In this document: in pieces, positions 1 to 16,430 of the stretch
How positions within the stretch are numbered: the first letter of the stretch is position 1
Layout: the number at the start of each line of letters is the position of its first letter
NCBI GenBank assembly: GCA_964016885.1
Contig: OZ024740.1
Span: forward strand, 170,624,001-170,688,000
Source of the DNA: Eledone cirrhosa
Taxonomy: Eukaryota
Direction: 5' to 3'
DNA length: 64,000 nucleotides
The notes under the pieces: model-generated
Told to the model about the DNA's origin: nothing
Seen by the model: only the letters and a program-made list of their open reading frames with translations
Databases searched by the model: none
Position numbers and translations under genes: made by a program

Positions 1-280
1 TGTAGAAATTAGTAGAGATAAAAGAAATTTCTACAAATTTCATACTTGACGACATAATACAGACACACGCTCTACTTATATATCTCCACCTACGCACACA
101 ACAATCATACGAACGTTATGTTATAACGACGCAAGTCATATGGAAGTCACTTTCACAGATATCTTGAAAAAGGGCTAAGAGACATCACTGGCTTTATTCT
201 TAACCTTCATTCGAAACTACTAATATACTAGTCGTATATCAGTAAAGTTACTAATTTTGTTTTATTTATTGTTGTTTTAA

Positions 281-590
281 ATAAGTTTTTTAAAAAAGGA
301 TTGATAATCTATAAATAGATGAATGTGATGCACACACACACACACACAGAGAGACACATACATACACACACACACACAGACTCACACACACACACTCACA
401 CACACTCACACAAATACACACAGATGCATGCAAATACACACGTTTTTTTCTGATTTTTTTGTCTGTTCTTTTCTCTTCTCACTCTTTAATTTTCTATTTC
501 ATCTTTTATTTCTCGTTCTTTCATCTGATGAAGGAATAGTGTCCGAAATGTTGAGATTCTTCTCATATTATTTCAAATATTAGACTAATA
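281..590 (+). mobile_element. Non-coding repeat with a degenerate hammerhead core, followed by (TTC)n; second copy at 19524-19790 (-)
   Basis: ataag..aaaaaggattgataatc.ataaatagat, a CA-rich middle and tttcatcttttatttctc.ttct..ctgatgaagga.ta.tgt.cgaaa match the reverse complement of 19524-19790. Confidence 0.65.
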
Positions 591-743
591 TTCTTCTTCT
601 TCTTCTTCTTCTTCTTCTTCTTCTTCTTCTTCTTCTTCTTCTTCTTCTTCTTCTTCTTCTTCTTCTTCTTCTTCTTCTTCTTCTTCTTCTTCTTCTTCTT
701 CTTCTTCTTCTTCTTCTACTACTACTACTACTACTACTACTAC
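591..743. repeat. (TTC)n followed by (TAC)n microsatellite
   Basis: Direct reading. Confidence 0.95.
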
Positions 744-1710
744 TGCGGTCACCACCACAAGGAGAGGCTTCCACGTTGAATTCATATAGCTTAGCCAGAA
801 GATCAGGATACATTTACGCTAGTAATGTTCTTAAGAAAAATATAAAGGTCACAGCTCCTATTTCACCGCATAACATAAATTCTCCTGTAAACCAAAAGGC
901 CCCCTTCTGTCAAATGACCATGGCTTAACACTTGGAAATTTCCTCTCCTAGGTGCAAGCCTGTACATGGTACTTTGTGGAAGATCATCAGTCACCCAAGC
1001 ATGTCTTCCCTCTCTAGAAGTTATCCAAGGGAAATACAAATACGGTAGGCCTTAGCACTTATGACGTCTCTGCCAAACTCAGAACACAAAGGGTGAAAAG
1101 AGATATTTGAAAGCATTACGTCTGCCAGTCCCTAGACTTGTAACTTTATTTATCGAACCCAACATGATGAAAGACAAAGTTGGCTTCGACGGAATTTGCA
1201 TTCAAAAGCAGTAATTTAATGACTTTGCCATTCAGCTGTATTTCGATGTCTACATATGCACATGTCTTAATTGATAGATGAGAGTATATGATATGTTGAA
1301 CGATGAACGGCAAGTAAGATTGGTCGGCTGTCATCAGGCATTTAATTACAATATATTAGAGACTTCCCTCATTACTGTGCAGAAGAAACAGGATTATTGT
1401 TAATCAAATGAGCACGAGATTACTAAGGCTATTGAGTAAGAAACAAATCGAAAGCTAGATTCAACCGTTGAATTTAAAAAGGATTCTTGATTCGATTTCA
1501 TAAAATAAACCTCGATTCACTATACAATGTTTCACTGGTCTACTTAAATATACATCATTGTATACAAGTATTGACATAAGGGGAAACGTTTTCGAGAAGA
1601 GATATTTAAGTATAACTGTTAATTTATGTAATATAATACAATATATATATATGTATATATAATATTAATAAATGAATGATGACTTTCGAAAAGCCAGTAC
1701 AATGTGGTAG

Positions 1711-1753
<43 letters not shown>

Positions 1754-1962
1754 CTTTTATCCTTCTATGTTGTTTACTTGTCTCACTCGCTTTACGCGAT
1801 TTACTTGTCCCAATAGCTTTTTTTAGTTATTGCTCGCACCAACCTGAGGTATATGATTTTTAGTGCGATGAAATATCAATGATGGTTGGCAAATCACTGA
1901 CGAGGGACTAATTTTATCATATGTAACCCATGTACAACCACGCAGTATTCCTCTTTCTTCTC

Positions 1963-2003
<41 letters not shown>

Positions 2004-2263
2004 TCATATTCTTACATGTCCACAATGTTTTAGCAAAACGTGTGTATATGCTAAATTTCATTTGAGAAATATGTAAATTTTGTAAGATGGAGAATATATA
2101 TTTTCATTCTACATCCAACTTTTAATAGACTTTTCTCCTAATTTTAAGTAAAAGGCAAAAACGAATGATTGAAAAGTTACCTTAGCAATTTATTTTCCCA
2201 CTTATCTTTCGGCACATATCTTTCGCATTAGCCATCCATATACATATATATATATATATTTTC

Positions 2264-2334
2264 ACCTGATGAGATCAGTGATAATTGATCATGGCTTCAC
2301 GATCGATCTATCTCTTATTGAAACCTGTGTCGGG
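2264..2334 (+). ncRNA. Hammerhead ribozyme-like motif in a (TA)n-flanked module
   Basis: CTGATGA ... GAAAC ctgt GTC. Stem I is imperfect (tcac/ggga). Confidence 0.45.
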
Positions 2335-2797
2335 ATTAAAATGATTGGAAATTTTACCTTGCCTTCGGATTTTCATTTTGATATATATATATTTTATTAA
2401 ATAAACATATAGTATATTACCAAATATACTATACATTCATTCATACATACATCGGTATTTCAGGGCACTGATACTAATTTCTAATTTGTGCTGGACCGGC
2501 AACTGCTCTGCTTAATCAGCTCTTAAACATCACTGGAATTCTATAAGAATCCAGCTTCGATAAGTCTCGGCAGAAGCGAGGGGATAAGCAATCTTGATAA
2601 CCGTTAACAAACGAGAAACAGCTGTCGGTTGCTTCCCTTTATTTTTGCCGAGACAAAGTAAGTGACATAGTCACTACTCTAAAACTCATAGCGAATGATC
2701 TTCAAAATGTTTTTAAATAAACATACAGTATATTACCAAATATACTATACATACATTCATACATACATCGCTATTTCAGGGCACTGATACTAATATA

Positions 2798-2854
<57 letters not shown>

Positions 2855-2861
<7 letters not shown>

Positions 2862-3459
2862 TTAGTTAAGCAAAACAAGACCAGAAATTTCACAAGGAAG
2901 ACATTATTAAAAGATTGTCAACATATTTTAGTTTGATGTAAGGAATATAATAATAATAATAATATCCGTTTACAATTGTTTCGCTACTCCATATAATATT
3001 TCTGGATCAAATGACTATATATCATTATTGATCTGGTTCAGTTGAAAATAATTAACATAGTTAAAGACAGAGCGGCTCATCGGAAATTCAAAGGAATATA
3101 AATTAAAATAAGGAAAGAATGTTACATAAATTTAATGTTCCATATATTGGTATTTCACTATGGTGTCTTGGGTGTATCAATTGTCTGCCATAATCTTCTT
3201 CTTCTGTCGAGGCTGCATTGTGTGAGATCTGCCTATGGGTAACATGATGGCCGCCAATGGACATATTTACCTTACTAATTAGAGGGTGGTTTCAGGGGAA
3301 GTAACTCCTCGAGAGATTGTAAACGGACATTATTATTATTAATATTATTATTATTATTATTCTCTACATTCCTTACATCAAACTAAAATATGTTGACAAT
3401 CTTTTAATAATGTCTTCCTTGTGAAATTTGTGGTCTTGTTTGGCTTAACTAATGAATAT
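2855..3459. mobile_element. PLE pseudo-LTR-like module with ~120-bp inverted arms and a CCGATGA-core HHR-like motif on the minus strand (~2965-3086)
   Basis: 2855-2976 is the reverse complement of 3316-3459. The minus strand reads ccgatga gccgctct..ggagtagc gaaa caattg ta. Confidence 0.55.
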
Positions 3460-3641
3460 TTCCAGCTCTGCGCGCCTAACTTCTGCATGAACCCATCCAC
3501 CTAGCTGCTTTCCACTGCATATTGCACATTGAGCACATGCCTTTACGCTTTGGCTTCTAACTAATTCACCAATCTCTCCTCTCCTATCTCCTCTCCTATC
3601 TCCATATCTCTCTTTAAGATTGGTTACTCTTGAACTGTGTG

Positions 3642-3672
<31 letters not shown>

Positions 3673-3865
3673 CAAAGGTATACTTTGAGTTAGAAACGCA
3701 AAATAGTCTCTTACAATAAAATAGCTCTAGGAAAGAGATTTTTCCGAGCCGTGTAATTGAATATAAAAGGTCTCTTTTAAAGAGAGATAAACACAGACAT
3801 ATGTGTTCAAATCGTACGGTCCCTTACGATTTAAACACATATATGTATATGTCTGTGTTTCTCTC

Positions 3866-4662
<797 letters not shown>

Positions 4663-4680
4663 ATAATAACAATTTCTAGT

Positions 4681-4752
<72 letters not shown>

Positions 4753-5096
4753 AAAAGAGACTGAAAATGCAAAGGGAGTCTTTTAAGAATATGTATTGAC
4801 TTACTTTACCGGTTTCACAGTTCTTTTGTTTTTCAAAATAAATTTGAGATGGAGGGTTTGTGTTTCTTTGTGGTTTGTCTCGTATATATATATATAACGA
4901 AGGAAGTGTGGTAAGGAACCAGATGGACCATAACGCACCAGAGTACTCAATACTTAGGGTAGTAGAGTGGGTAGTAGGAAAATATTCAAGACCCCGACGG
5001 CAAAGCTCAAGCGGTTTCGACTGCTATTTCTGAACTAGTCCAGAAATAGCCCTCGAAACGCCTTGAGCTCTGTCGTCGGGGTCTTGAATATTTTCC

Positions 5097-5177
<81 letters not shown>

Positions 5178-6017
5178 TGTGCGTGTGTGTTTTGTGTGTG
5201 TGTGTGTTTGTATATATGTATATGTGTGTTTGTGTGTCAGTGTATGAAAGTTTTATTTTATAGTGTATCATAATTTTAGTTTTCTTTTGAAATTCCGTTA
5301 TTTATATTAAATACTTCTATTTCTTATCTAAGATGTTTGACCTCATTTCAAGGTTATTTTTCCAATTTACTTGTTCTGGCCTGCACAGTACAGGTTTACA
5401 TTTAATAGATACCTATTACATATTTTGATTTGGGTTTGCTTTCATCAATCAGCAAGAAAATATTGAATTAAAATATCCGCATGAAAGTTTTTAAAAAAAT
5501 ATTTTTTTCTTTAAAACATTGTTTTGTATTGCTTTGTTGTTGGTGTCTTGTTTTTTTCTGATATATACTGCTGAAATTCACATAAAGCGATTATTGTGAT
5601 TGAACACCAAATAGTTTACCCAATTTGGTGATCCTTTGTTTATGAGTTAAATGTAATTTGTTTGCCCTCTTCAGCCAAGAAGCATAACTGAGCTTAGGAC
5701 ATAAGCTAATAGGATACTTGTTAATTGTCTAATATTTCCATATCTTAGAGCAAGTCCCAATGTACAATGACATTGAAAGCTAAAGTCAGTCATGTTGAAC
5801 ATAAGCGCAGAAAACTACGGGTGATAGAATCCATTTATTTTCTCCTTCTGTATTTGGTGTACGACTTCTCAATTCTGATACGAAAAAAACCTATCGAATT
5901 CGACGTTCTTCTTTGGGTTTAATAAATCTAACAACGGTCGTATATAATATTTCCCTTCCAATATTATCTTCACCTTGCATAAAAAAAAAAAAAATAATAA
6001 ATAAATAAAACAAAAAA

Positions 6018-6200
6018 TAATTGCTTCACAGGGCCAGCAATTACCTCCAGTGCATTACTGGTACTTTATTTTATCTACCCAGCAAGGATGAAAGGCAAAG
6101 TTAACCTCAGCGGGATTTTAACTCAGAATGTAAAGAACCATAACTTTATGCTACAAAGCATGGTGTCCAATACTCTACAGATTCTGCCAATCCACCGCCT
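6018..6200 (-). mobile_element. tRNA-derived SINE, near full length
   Basis: Reverse complement of the SINE consensus seen at 18109-18297. Confidence 0.85.
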
Positions 6201-6562
6201 ATTATAACGAAACAAAAAATAATAATAGATCAAATGAAATAAATCAAAGTTCTCAACTTACCTTTTGGTGTAGAGTTGCATTTAGATTTCTGGTGTTTTA
6301 AAACTACGATTAAGTTTGAACTTTATGTTGTAGGATTGTAAATTATTCAGATAAAAACGTTAATTAATAATTTTGATTATTTGAATTATCTCTTTTGGTT
6401 TTTATCTTTAGCTACGATGTTTATTCAGGAATTTCTAATTTCACCTGGCCGAATTAAAAATTTATAAAGATGAACACAGAAGAGAATTATTTCTAGCAAA
6501 TTTTATTTATTTAATTACATTTTTCCCGGTTCTGTATACTTACCTGCTTATCTATCTATCTA

Positions 6563-6628
<66 letters not shown>

Positions 6629-7860
6629 TCATCTATCTCTATCTCCGCGATCAGCTGACCAACCTCACATGTTATGCATTCGCAAGAGGAATTTATGTCC
6701 ACTCTATATTTTCTCTCCCCTCCGCTCCCCCTCTCTTTTCCCTTTCTCTCTCAAGATCTCTCTTTTGTCACTTCTTTACACCTTTGTTCAAATGCAAATG
6801 CGCGAAAATAAAAGGAATACTGATGTACTCTTATCCTTGAAATATATCCACAGAGAAATAGTTAAAGGGGAGCTAGAATATAGTCCTATAAAGTTATAGG
6901 CAGTAGAAACTGATCTAGTTTACCAAGAATTGAAGACCAGCAAAAGCATAATCGGTTTATATGGTTTCAATAACGACACTTAATTGTGAATAGGCCTATT
7001 TGATTCTCCTTAGTGATACTCAAGCATAGTATTAGATGTGATGGCTAAAAAGATACAGAACTCAAAACCTTTTGGTTGTCAATATTTGCATAGAATGATA
7101 CAGTGGCTCAAGGGAGAATTAGAATTCTGGAGTTTGTTCTCATTACTGGATTGATTTGCTTCAACAAATTTCTCTTCAGATCTACCTCTTTCAGGTTGGT
7201 TATGCACTCTACTGATATTAATCGAACTCAATTTCAATGCAATCACGCTAGAGGCTCTCATGGGACAATGCAAATATGAATAGAGACAGTTGAAAATGCG
7301 AATTATTACGAAAAAGCCCTAAATTGAATTAATATTTCGTCCTCATATATATGGTATCCGCCGTTAGAATCGTGACTAGTTCACATCTGCCATCTCTGAG
7401 CACCGAGTGTGATCAGCTTCTCATCATGGTTTAGTAACGTCACTGGTTTGAATCAACACAACCCAAACAGAGAAAGTCTTGAATCAACCGATACTTTATG
7501 AGTGAAATTTGAAATACGGTTCCTGTGTGGATGAACCATACCGGTATTCATAAAATATATCTTTGTAACATACTGTGACACTGTGATTCTACGTGAGGAT
7601 TACTTTAACTCCATACGTATTTATAAGAATCATCCACATAAACAATAGTTCAATGAGCAAATATTTCAGTCGATTGAACTATTGAATCCTTATCGTAGAA
7701 ACCGATGGGGGTATTTTTGCTGTGTAATCTCTAACAGACACAAAGTAAGCTCAAATTTCACCTGAGATAACTTCAATAAGTACTTCTTCCCAAATAAAAC
7801 ATTATGTTAGGCGTCGTTGAAAAATAGCTTAATCAATCTGGTGAAACTCATATGGCTCTT

Positions 7861-7982
7861 TTCGTTCTGAGTTCAAATCCCGCCGAGGTTAACTTTGCCC
7901 TTCATCCTTACGGGGTCTATAAAATAAAGTACCAGTAATGCACTGGGGTAATTGCTGGCCTTGTGCCAAAAGTAGAAACAAT
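7861..7982 (+). mobile_element. SINE, 5'-truncated (also 9134-9233 +, 12910-13017 -, 17557-17700 +)
   Basis: gagttcaaatcccgccgaggttaactttgcc.ttcatccttacggggtc.ataaaataaagtaccag...gtagaaacaatt. Confidence 0.85.
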
Positions 7983-10310
7983 TATATTATATTATTCCTA
8001 TATATAGGTCTTAAATTTTTCAGCAAACATACAAAAGATTCATCGGGTATACAGCTCTACTGCTCCCTACAGTAATGAATTCCAACTTCTCAAGTCAAGG
8101 ATTTATATGTAGATATGCAGTTCTGCAAGTGTTTAGTGTCATCTCAACGCCAGTGACAGGAAAGTAAACGCTGAACCTTCACCCGAAAAGTTGACACTAA
8201 GTCATTTCAACCAGCTGCGGCTCTCAAAAAAGACAACTTTCGAAGAAAATCTTTAGATAATTCAAATCAGCTTTGAAAGAAATATAATACACTTGCTTCT
8301 TAATCTAACGCGAATTCGGGGAGTTTTGAAATAGAATTAATAACATTTCATGTTATTTGCGATGTCATTTATCTGTGGATATGACAGGACATTGCTATTC
8401 TATCAATTGTCGTTTCTGACAGTGATTATCAAGCGTCAGTGCATTTAGCTGCAGTTTACCTATACAGGACATTGGCGATTAACATTAGATGATGATAATC
8501 CTAGCCATGACTGATTTAAGCCAACTTATGAAGGGGCTTCCCTCGCTCGGTTCACTATAGGTCAGAGGAATGGCAAGGCCAGTATGTCTGATAGAGATAA
8601 CTATGTGCAAGATATACCGAGTGATTCACCAATGAAAGCTTTAACGAGGTTTCACTCCATTTGTAGAAACGATGGATAACTATTGACACAATATTCAGTT
8701 TATTTATCATTGTAGATAGTTATTCTTTTTTATCCTGACAAAGGGTTTAGCCATGCTCCGCTTATGGGGGTGACGCCTTAGAGTGACGATGCTAGTTTAG
8801 TAACCAACGGCTCGACTATGAAGCAAGATGCACTGGTTTACATCATGTTTGATCTGACCAGCCTCATATTACAATTGTGATAAAGAAAAGTGATTCTCAA
8901 AATTATATGAAACATCTCAACAATATTCACGGTCCATAAAGAAGACATATTAAGAAGAAAACGATACACTAACACATTATGTCAACAAAAGGAAACAATG
9001 TTAATGTACAAATGATACTTTGGATGCGTAATCTTCCAGTTTAATATTAATATACAAACGAGACTTTCCACTTTTAATATTATTCAGGCTGTAGCAATGT
9101 GAAGTATACTATTTTATGTTCATTATACATTGTTGAGGTTAACTTTGCCTTTCATCCTTACGGGGTCGATAAAATAAAGTACCAGTAATACACTGGGATA
9201 ATTGCTGGCCTTGTGACAAAAGTAGAAACAATTAGAGATTGTTGTGATTTGATGTGAGCAGGTTAATCAGAGCCTTCATACTAACCACTGACAAAATAGA
9301 GAAAATCAAATCATTAAAACTGGAAGATAAGGATTCTTAAAATAAAATAATCAGAGAAAACAGGACATTATCGATAACCTATGTAAACCTTTCAAAATAT
9401 ATGTAAGAAGGAAATTGGTTGTCGCATCGTGCTCCAAATCTAACAGTCCTTTCAACAATGTGCATATCCTCCTTCTTTACATAAATACCCTAAAACTGCA
9501 TCAGCCTAAAAACAAGATCCTACCTACTCTGTCAAAAAACAATAACAAAAAAGAAAATAGATTATACCAGTGTTGAGATGTACAAAAAATAACCTCATGC
9601 TCTGAATAAACTAACTGCGCACACTTCTGCTGTGATATGCACCAGAATCTACATGAGTTTTAGAAGTAGGCCTGAAAATGTCAAGAGTTAGATATGTTCA
9701 CTGAACGTATGATTAAACAATGTATATACGAATGTTCAATACGATTCTCATCCAAAGACTGAATACATTATCAGCAGCGGTAGAATTGTGGATGATACCT
9801 TGTTGTATTACTGATTACGTCAGTGCTGTGGGCCTACCCATCGAGCAGTGCTCTCCTAGGGCTATAAAAAACAACAACAACTAGTGAATAAGATTAAATA
9901 AAAGTTTAATATTTGCACAAAACTATAAACTTGTAAAGAAGAGACAAAAGAAAGCGACGGAGCTGATATTTCATATAAATTCATTTATCGTTCCTGATGT
10001 CAAAAAGGAACACAAAATAGAAACAGTAATAATATATTCCAGTAGGAATATATTAAGCAATATATAATTCAGTATCACATGTATTTATACTTGGCGATAA
10101 CGGTTGGTGATATTTACTTCAAAATTGTATATTTTTTTATAGATAATATTTTAATAATACGTTTTAAGAGATAATATAATGATACTAATGAATTGAATAG
10201 ATTATTAATTTTAAACACTGGAAATTGGTGAAAGTTATAAACTACGAATGGAAAATTCAAACTCTTGTATTTTATATCTAAACACACACACACACATACA
10301 TACACACACA

Positions 10311-10342
<32 letters not shown>

Positions 10343-10366
10343 TACATACACACACGCACACACACA

Positions 10367-10406
<40 letters not shown>

Positions 10407-10421
10407 TACATACACACACAT

Positions 10422-10503
<82 letters not shown>

Positions 10504-11578
10504 CATCGATCCTAGAAGGTTGAAACCTTGGCTCGACAAAGCCTTAAACCCTTAACATAGAGGAACATGATGCAATGTTTTCTTTATTTCTGTTCTGAGC
10601 TGCACTGTACATCAGAGGATCCTTAAAATGCTCTAATGGTATGTTAGTTCTTCTATGAAGAGATTGCTAGCCAGTCACTCAACTCGGCTTGAATTTTGAA
10701 CGTAAATGAGAAAACTGAAAATGAATTCCGTCGCGCTACAGATATATATTGATCATCATATTGGTTTCTAATTCATGCGCAAAGTCAGAAATTATTGACG
10801 AAAGCCAATCAAATTGATCCTATTACTTGAATGGTGTTATATTTTATTGACAGATGAAGGCAAGTTAGTTTTGGTGAGGTTTGAAGTAAAAAAAAAATAA
10901 AGTGACTTAGCAAATACCACAAAGGTATATTCGGACGGTCTAACAACATTGACATTTTTCTGCCATCAAGCAGATAACAATAAGGATGTCTAACCCTGAC
11001 ATAAAGACGGACATTTTAAGTTGAGAGGAAGTTCTATCTATCAAATAGACCCTAGTACTTTACGGTTACGCCCTTGAAGGCTGAAACGTAAATCGACTTA
11101 GGCGTGAATTCACACATCAAAGAGGCGCAAATATATACCACAAATAATTTAATCCGGTGGTTCTTCATTTCCACTTATCCACTACGAACTTGAAGGATTT
11201 TAAAATTATCTTACTATGTTTAAAAACATAAAAAATAATGTAGTAAGAAAATTCATATTAATTAATCAACGTCAAATATAGAATTTTGATATTATCGCAC
11301 TGTAAGATACACGTAATGAAATATAACTCAAAACACACACATACACACTCACGCACACATATATCTATTTATATATACTAGTAGTAGTCATAGGTAGGTA
11401 GAAATATCCAAGGTATAGAGCAATTCAAGTCTGTAAGGCAAGTTTGAAAATAATTATTAAAGCCAGTTACAGATTCATTTTCATTGGCACAGGTTGAACA
11501 GCTTGGTCCACAGGACTAACGGAACGTACGTACCTGGCTTGGCACCGTTATAGTAACTGGCCTTAATAATTATAATTC

Positions 11579-11805
<227 letters not shown>

Positions 11806-11866
11806 CCCAAGGCTCTGATACCATCAACACTATAAACACAGAGCTTGGATATCTAAGAACTGACTA

Positions 11867-11922
11867 ACTGCCTGATGAGGTCATAGCCATTCAATGGCTA
11901 TCATCGAAATATATATAGCAGT
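11867..11922 (+). ncRNA. Type I hammerhead ribozyme, intact core
   Basis: Stem I actgc/gcagt; CTGATGA; stem II ggtcatagccat-tca-atggctatcatc; GAAA; palindromic stem III tatata; predicted cleavage after AUA. Lies in module 11802-11970 between (TA)n runs. Confidence 0.85.
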
Positions 11923-11968
11923 AAATAAAGGATTATGAGTTCATGCAATTGACTTATGTTTCGTCACT

Positions 11969-12061
<93 letters not shown>

Positions 12062-13380
12062 CATTATATACACACCCACAGCAAGTTAGGGGAAGCAATA
12101 ACCTAAAACATCGAAGCCACATCCATTATTCTCTTCAGAAAACAAACTTTCCTCACACGTATTGAGATCTCATTCAAGAAGTGTAAGCATGCTTTACGTA
12201 TAAGGGTATTTTAAAGACTCACTTCGGTTTGTATATATATATATATAGTTCTACGTTATAAACGTGGTTGGCGTAAGGAAAGGCAGATAGCTGCAAACAT
12301 CCAAGTCAAAATAGAGTTCCGTTTGAGCATGTTATGTCGTGGCCGACTGGCCAAACTTGTCTCATAATATGGACAACCCGTCTAGTCCATGCAAGCATGG
12401 AAAATAAAAGTTAAACGTTGATGATGATGTATACATATACGGGTGTGGGTGTGTATATATGTACATACACACACATATATATAATACATATATGTAATCT
12501 CTCTCTCTATATATATATACATAGGAGTCGTAGGAGCATCGTATTGATATCCGTATTGGTATATAGCGGATTTCTTTCGGGAAAAGATATGAAATGAAAA
12601 AGATATAGAGGAATAATCGACCACAGTACTAGACTGGTACTTTTTTTGTCGACCTCGAAAGGAAGAAAGGCGATGTTGACCTCACCGGGATTTAAACTGA
12701 GAGAGCCGGAACGAATGTCATAAAGTATTCTATCCGACGTTCTAACGACTCTGCCAATTCGTCTCCTTCATATATACAGATGTATATGTGTAAATATATA
12801 TATATATATATTTGGATATACATTTTTGTCGTTAATTAATTAATATGAATTTTTGTAATCCAATGTGTATGTTTACAAATATAATATATGTATACATATG
12901 TAAATATATAATTGTTTCTACTTTTGGCACAAGGCCAGCAATTACCCAGTGCATTACTGGTACTTTATTTTATCGACCCCGTAAGGATGAAAGGCAAAGT
13001 TAACCTCGGCGGGATTTATATATAATAACATATGCATGTATGTGCGTGTGTGTGCGTGTGTGTACACATCTATGAATATATGGGTGCGTATGGGGTTGCT
13101 GAGTCTTTCTACACCAGCGTATGTGAGAGAGATTCTTTAACATCTTATGCACGTGAAAATTGCGTTCCGAATATATGTATATGTTGATGTGTCTTAGAAT
13201 TCTCTGGAGAAATTATCCCGTTGAATGTAATTGTTAGAATTAAATATTCTAGTAGCATAGGTGTTAAAATGTCTATTGAGGAATATTTTAGGAAATATAC
13301 AATTTATCATCAAAAGTATTACAACTTTAACAAATACGGCGGTTATAGTTAGTTAAATCAAAATGTTTGTTTTGTTTTAT

Positions 13381-13572
13381 AATTGTATCTACTTTTGGCA
13401 CAAGGCCAGCAATTATCTCAGTGTATTACTGGTACTTTATTTTATCAACCGCATAAGGATGAAAGGCAAAGTTAACGTCGGCGGGATTTCAACTCAGACC
13501 ATAAAGGGCCGTAACTCTTTGCTGCAAAGCATGGCGTCTGACCCTCTACCGATACTGCCAATCCACCACCCT
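13381..13572 (-). mobile_element. tRNA-derived SINE, full length
   Basis: Reverse complement of the consensus including A and B boxes. Confidence 0.85.
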
Positions 13573-13749
13573 TTTGTTTTATAATGAAGGCCAATGAATT
13601 TAAAATATAATTTTAATCACAGGGAATTATCGAAATTTATCAACTACAAATGGAAATTTCAAATTTCTTACTTAAAAAAGACTTTACAAAGAACCCCCAC
13701 CTCACATATATATGTGTGTGCGTATGTGTGTCTGCATATTTGTATATAA

Positions 13750-13809
<60 letters not shown>

Positions 13810-16085
13810 ATAGAACATTCTACACATTTCTGTGCTGACATAAATATATGACGTTTGGATACTGTCATGTGGTCTCATCTCGAACAAAACATACTTCATT
13901 GAATATATACATATATTTTACTGGCGTATGAACATGCACACAATCACACATTTATAAATATCAACAACATTTAATCATACATGCGTGCATACATGCGATA
14001 CACACACAAACACACAGATATATAGATATATATACACCTTTGCTCACACGATAAGCATTCTTCTTATCAATCGTCTATAATTTTGTGAGGGACACGACAT
14101 AAAGAAATAAGATTTTTGTTTAAGAAAATTCTCTTCAAATACATACTCACGACTTCCTGGGATTATCTATGCTTCATGACTTCTTGATTTATGTTTCAGT
14201 TACATGAAAGAAATGCTCTATTCTCTAAAACATACGTATATACGTAATATTTTCATTGCTGTTATAGTTTCTACATTCCTTTCAATGTCAATTACTTTTC
14301 TCGGTCGTTGTTGTTTGTTTTTTTTTCCTCAACGTTATGTCCTTTTGTTTAAGTTCCTTGTTGATATTTATTTATGATTCTACATTTTATTTCAACCTCA
14401 ATTAGTTGTCAAAATTTTCGCCATTTTAAGTTACTCTGTAGATTTTCAATTCCCGTTACATTTCCTCTTTCTTCCAACTTTATTAAGATTTTAGTAGGTT
14501 GTCACCAATCACTTTTAAATTATTTATTTTATATAAAAATAAAATGAAATAAAATAAATGTAAAAGATATATTCTTACATAGAAAAACAACAAACAGAAA
14601 ACTTTCTTTCCACTTGCCTTTCATATTTTCCTTCTCTTTTTGCTTTAACTCACGTGAAACAACCTACAATGTTAAAATGAAGGCCATTCAGGAAACTTTA
14701 ACGATATTTTAATTGTCAGGAATATGGCTCCTTTAAATCCAAAAACGCAGTCTTCGGTTCAAATAGAGTACTACTACTAATAACGACAATCGTTATACAT
14801 ATCTATTACATGCTTCTAATCACACAATCCTCAAAATTCTGATAATTGTTTTTGTAGATATTTCTTTTCAGCATTTTGTTTTTAATTTTTTCGTATTGCT
14901 GTTGTTGTTGTAATTGTGTCTTTTTTTATTATTGTTCTTGTTCGTGGTGTCAGTTTTTTAATGTTTTTCGTTTTGATATCGTTATTTTCACAGTACGACA
15001 AGTCGACGTTTGCCATTATATATTAAGTTGTACGCTAAGCAACCGAAGTTATATCTGTATTCATACAGAATAGAAATAAGCCAGCCTGCTTATATGTGTG
15101 TAATAAATTTACACATTGTTACACAAATTTACACTCATTTGGCATGTTTACTTGTCTATATATTAAACATATGTAAATTTATATACACATTTACGCACTC
15201 TCGGTTACTTCTATTCTGCATACTGTATAACTTCGTCATTATCACGTTCATGATTGTTCTTGTTACCTTCAACATTTTTTATTGTTATTGTTGTTCTAGT
15301 TGTCACTGAACATTACTATTATATAATAGTTTTAAAAGATGTTTTGAAAACATTTTTATATTATTTTACTCCTTCGATAAAAATAAATTGTATATTATAA
15401 AAACCCTCCGTAAGAAATAATATACAAAATCTTTCCTCTTGTTTCAGTTGTTTTTCATTTTGCTGTTGTTGTGTGTTTTTAAAGGTTATGATTCTGGATT
15501 ACCTTGTGTCCATATTTCTCGTGACTTCACTTTAACTGCAATGAATAACCACTTTGTTACCCTATTTCTTATGAAAAGCATAGCCTATGATTTTCAATTA
15601 ATTTGGAAGATAAACATGAATTCGGGAAAATTCAATAAAAATAACTTTCCCATGATTAAGCTGCAGTTTAGAATATTATATAACAGAGATTCTTGAATAG
15701 AGTTATGATGCCAAGTTTTTTAATAAACATAAACATTTCAAAACACACTGTTTGTATTGTAGAACGATAAGCAGTCTCAGGCGGTTTATTATTAAAATGG
15801 ATAAAACCCTGTAAGGCTGAAATAAATATTTTCTCATATTTCCTATTTCTGTACATCCGTTATATGAAGAAAGTCATTGTGGATGAAGGCGCAATAATTG
15901 AAGATTTGTTATACTTTCATCAGTTACGAACTTATAAAAACATATGTCACAACATTATTTTACAAAAAGGTGTCATAATTTTTGAGGATGAGAAGCTATG
16001 GCTTTCTTGCCATGGACACAGTGACAGCTACCACTGTTTGATACAGCTAAGCAAGTGTCACACACGCGCACACACACACACACAC

Positions 16086-16120
<35 letters not shown>

Positions 16121-16221
16121 GACACACACGCACACACACACAGACACACATGCACGCGCGCACGCACACACGCACGCGCGCACACACACACACACACACA
16201 CATACACATACACACACACAC

Positions 16222-16267
<46 letters not shown>

Positions 16268-16292
16268 ACACGCACGCGCGCACGCACACACG

Positions 16293-16349
<57 letters not shown>

Positions 16350-16398
16350 CACATACACACGCACACCTATACACACACCTACACACAAACAAACATAC

Positions 16399-16429
<31 letters not shown>

Positions 16430-16430
<1 letters not shown>

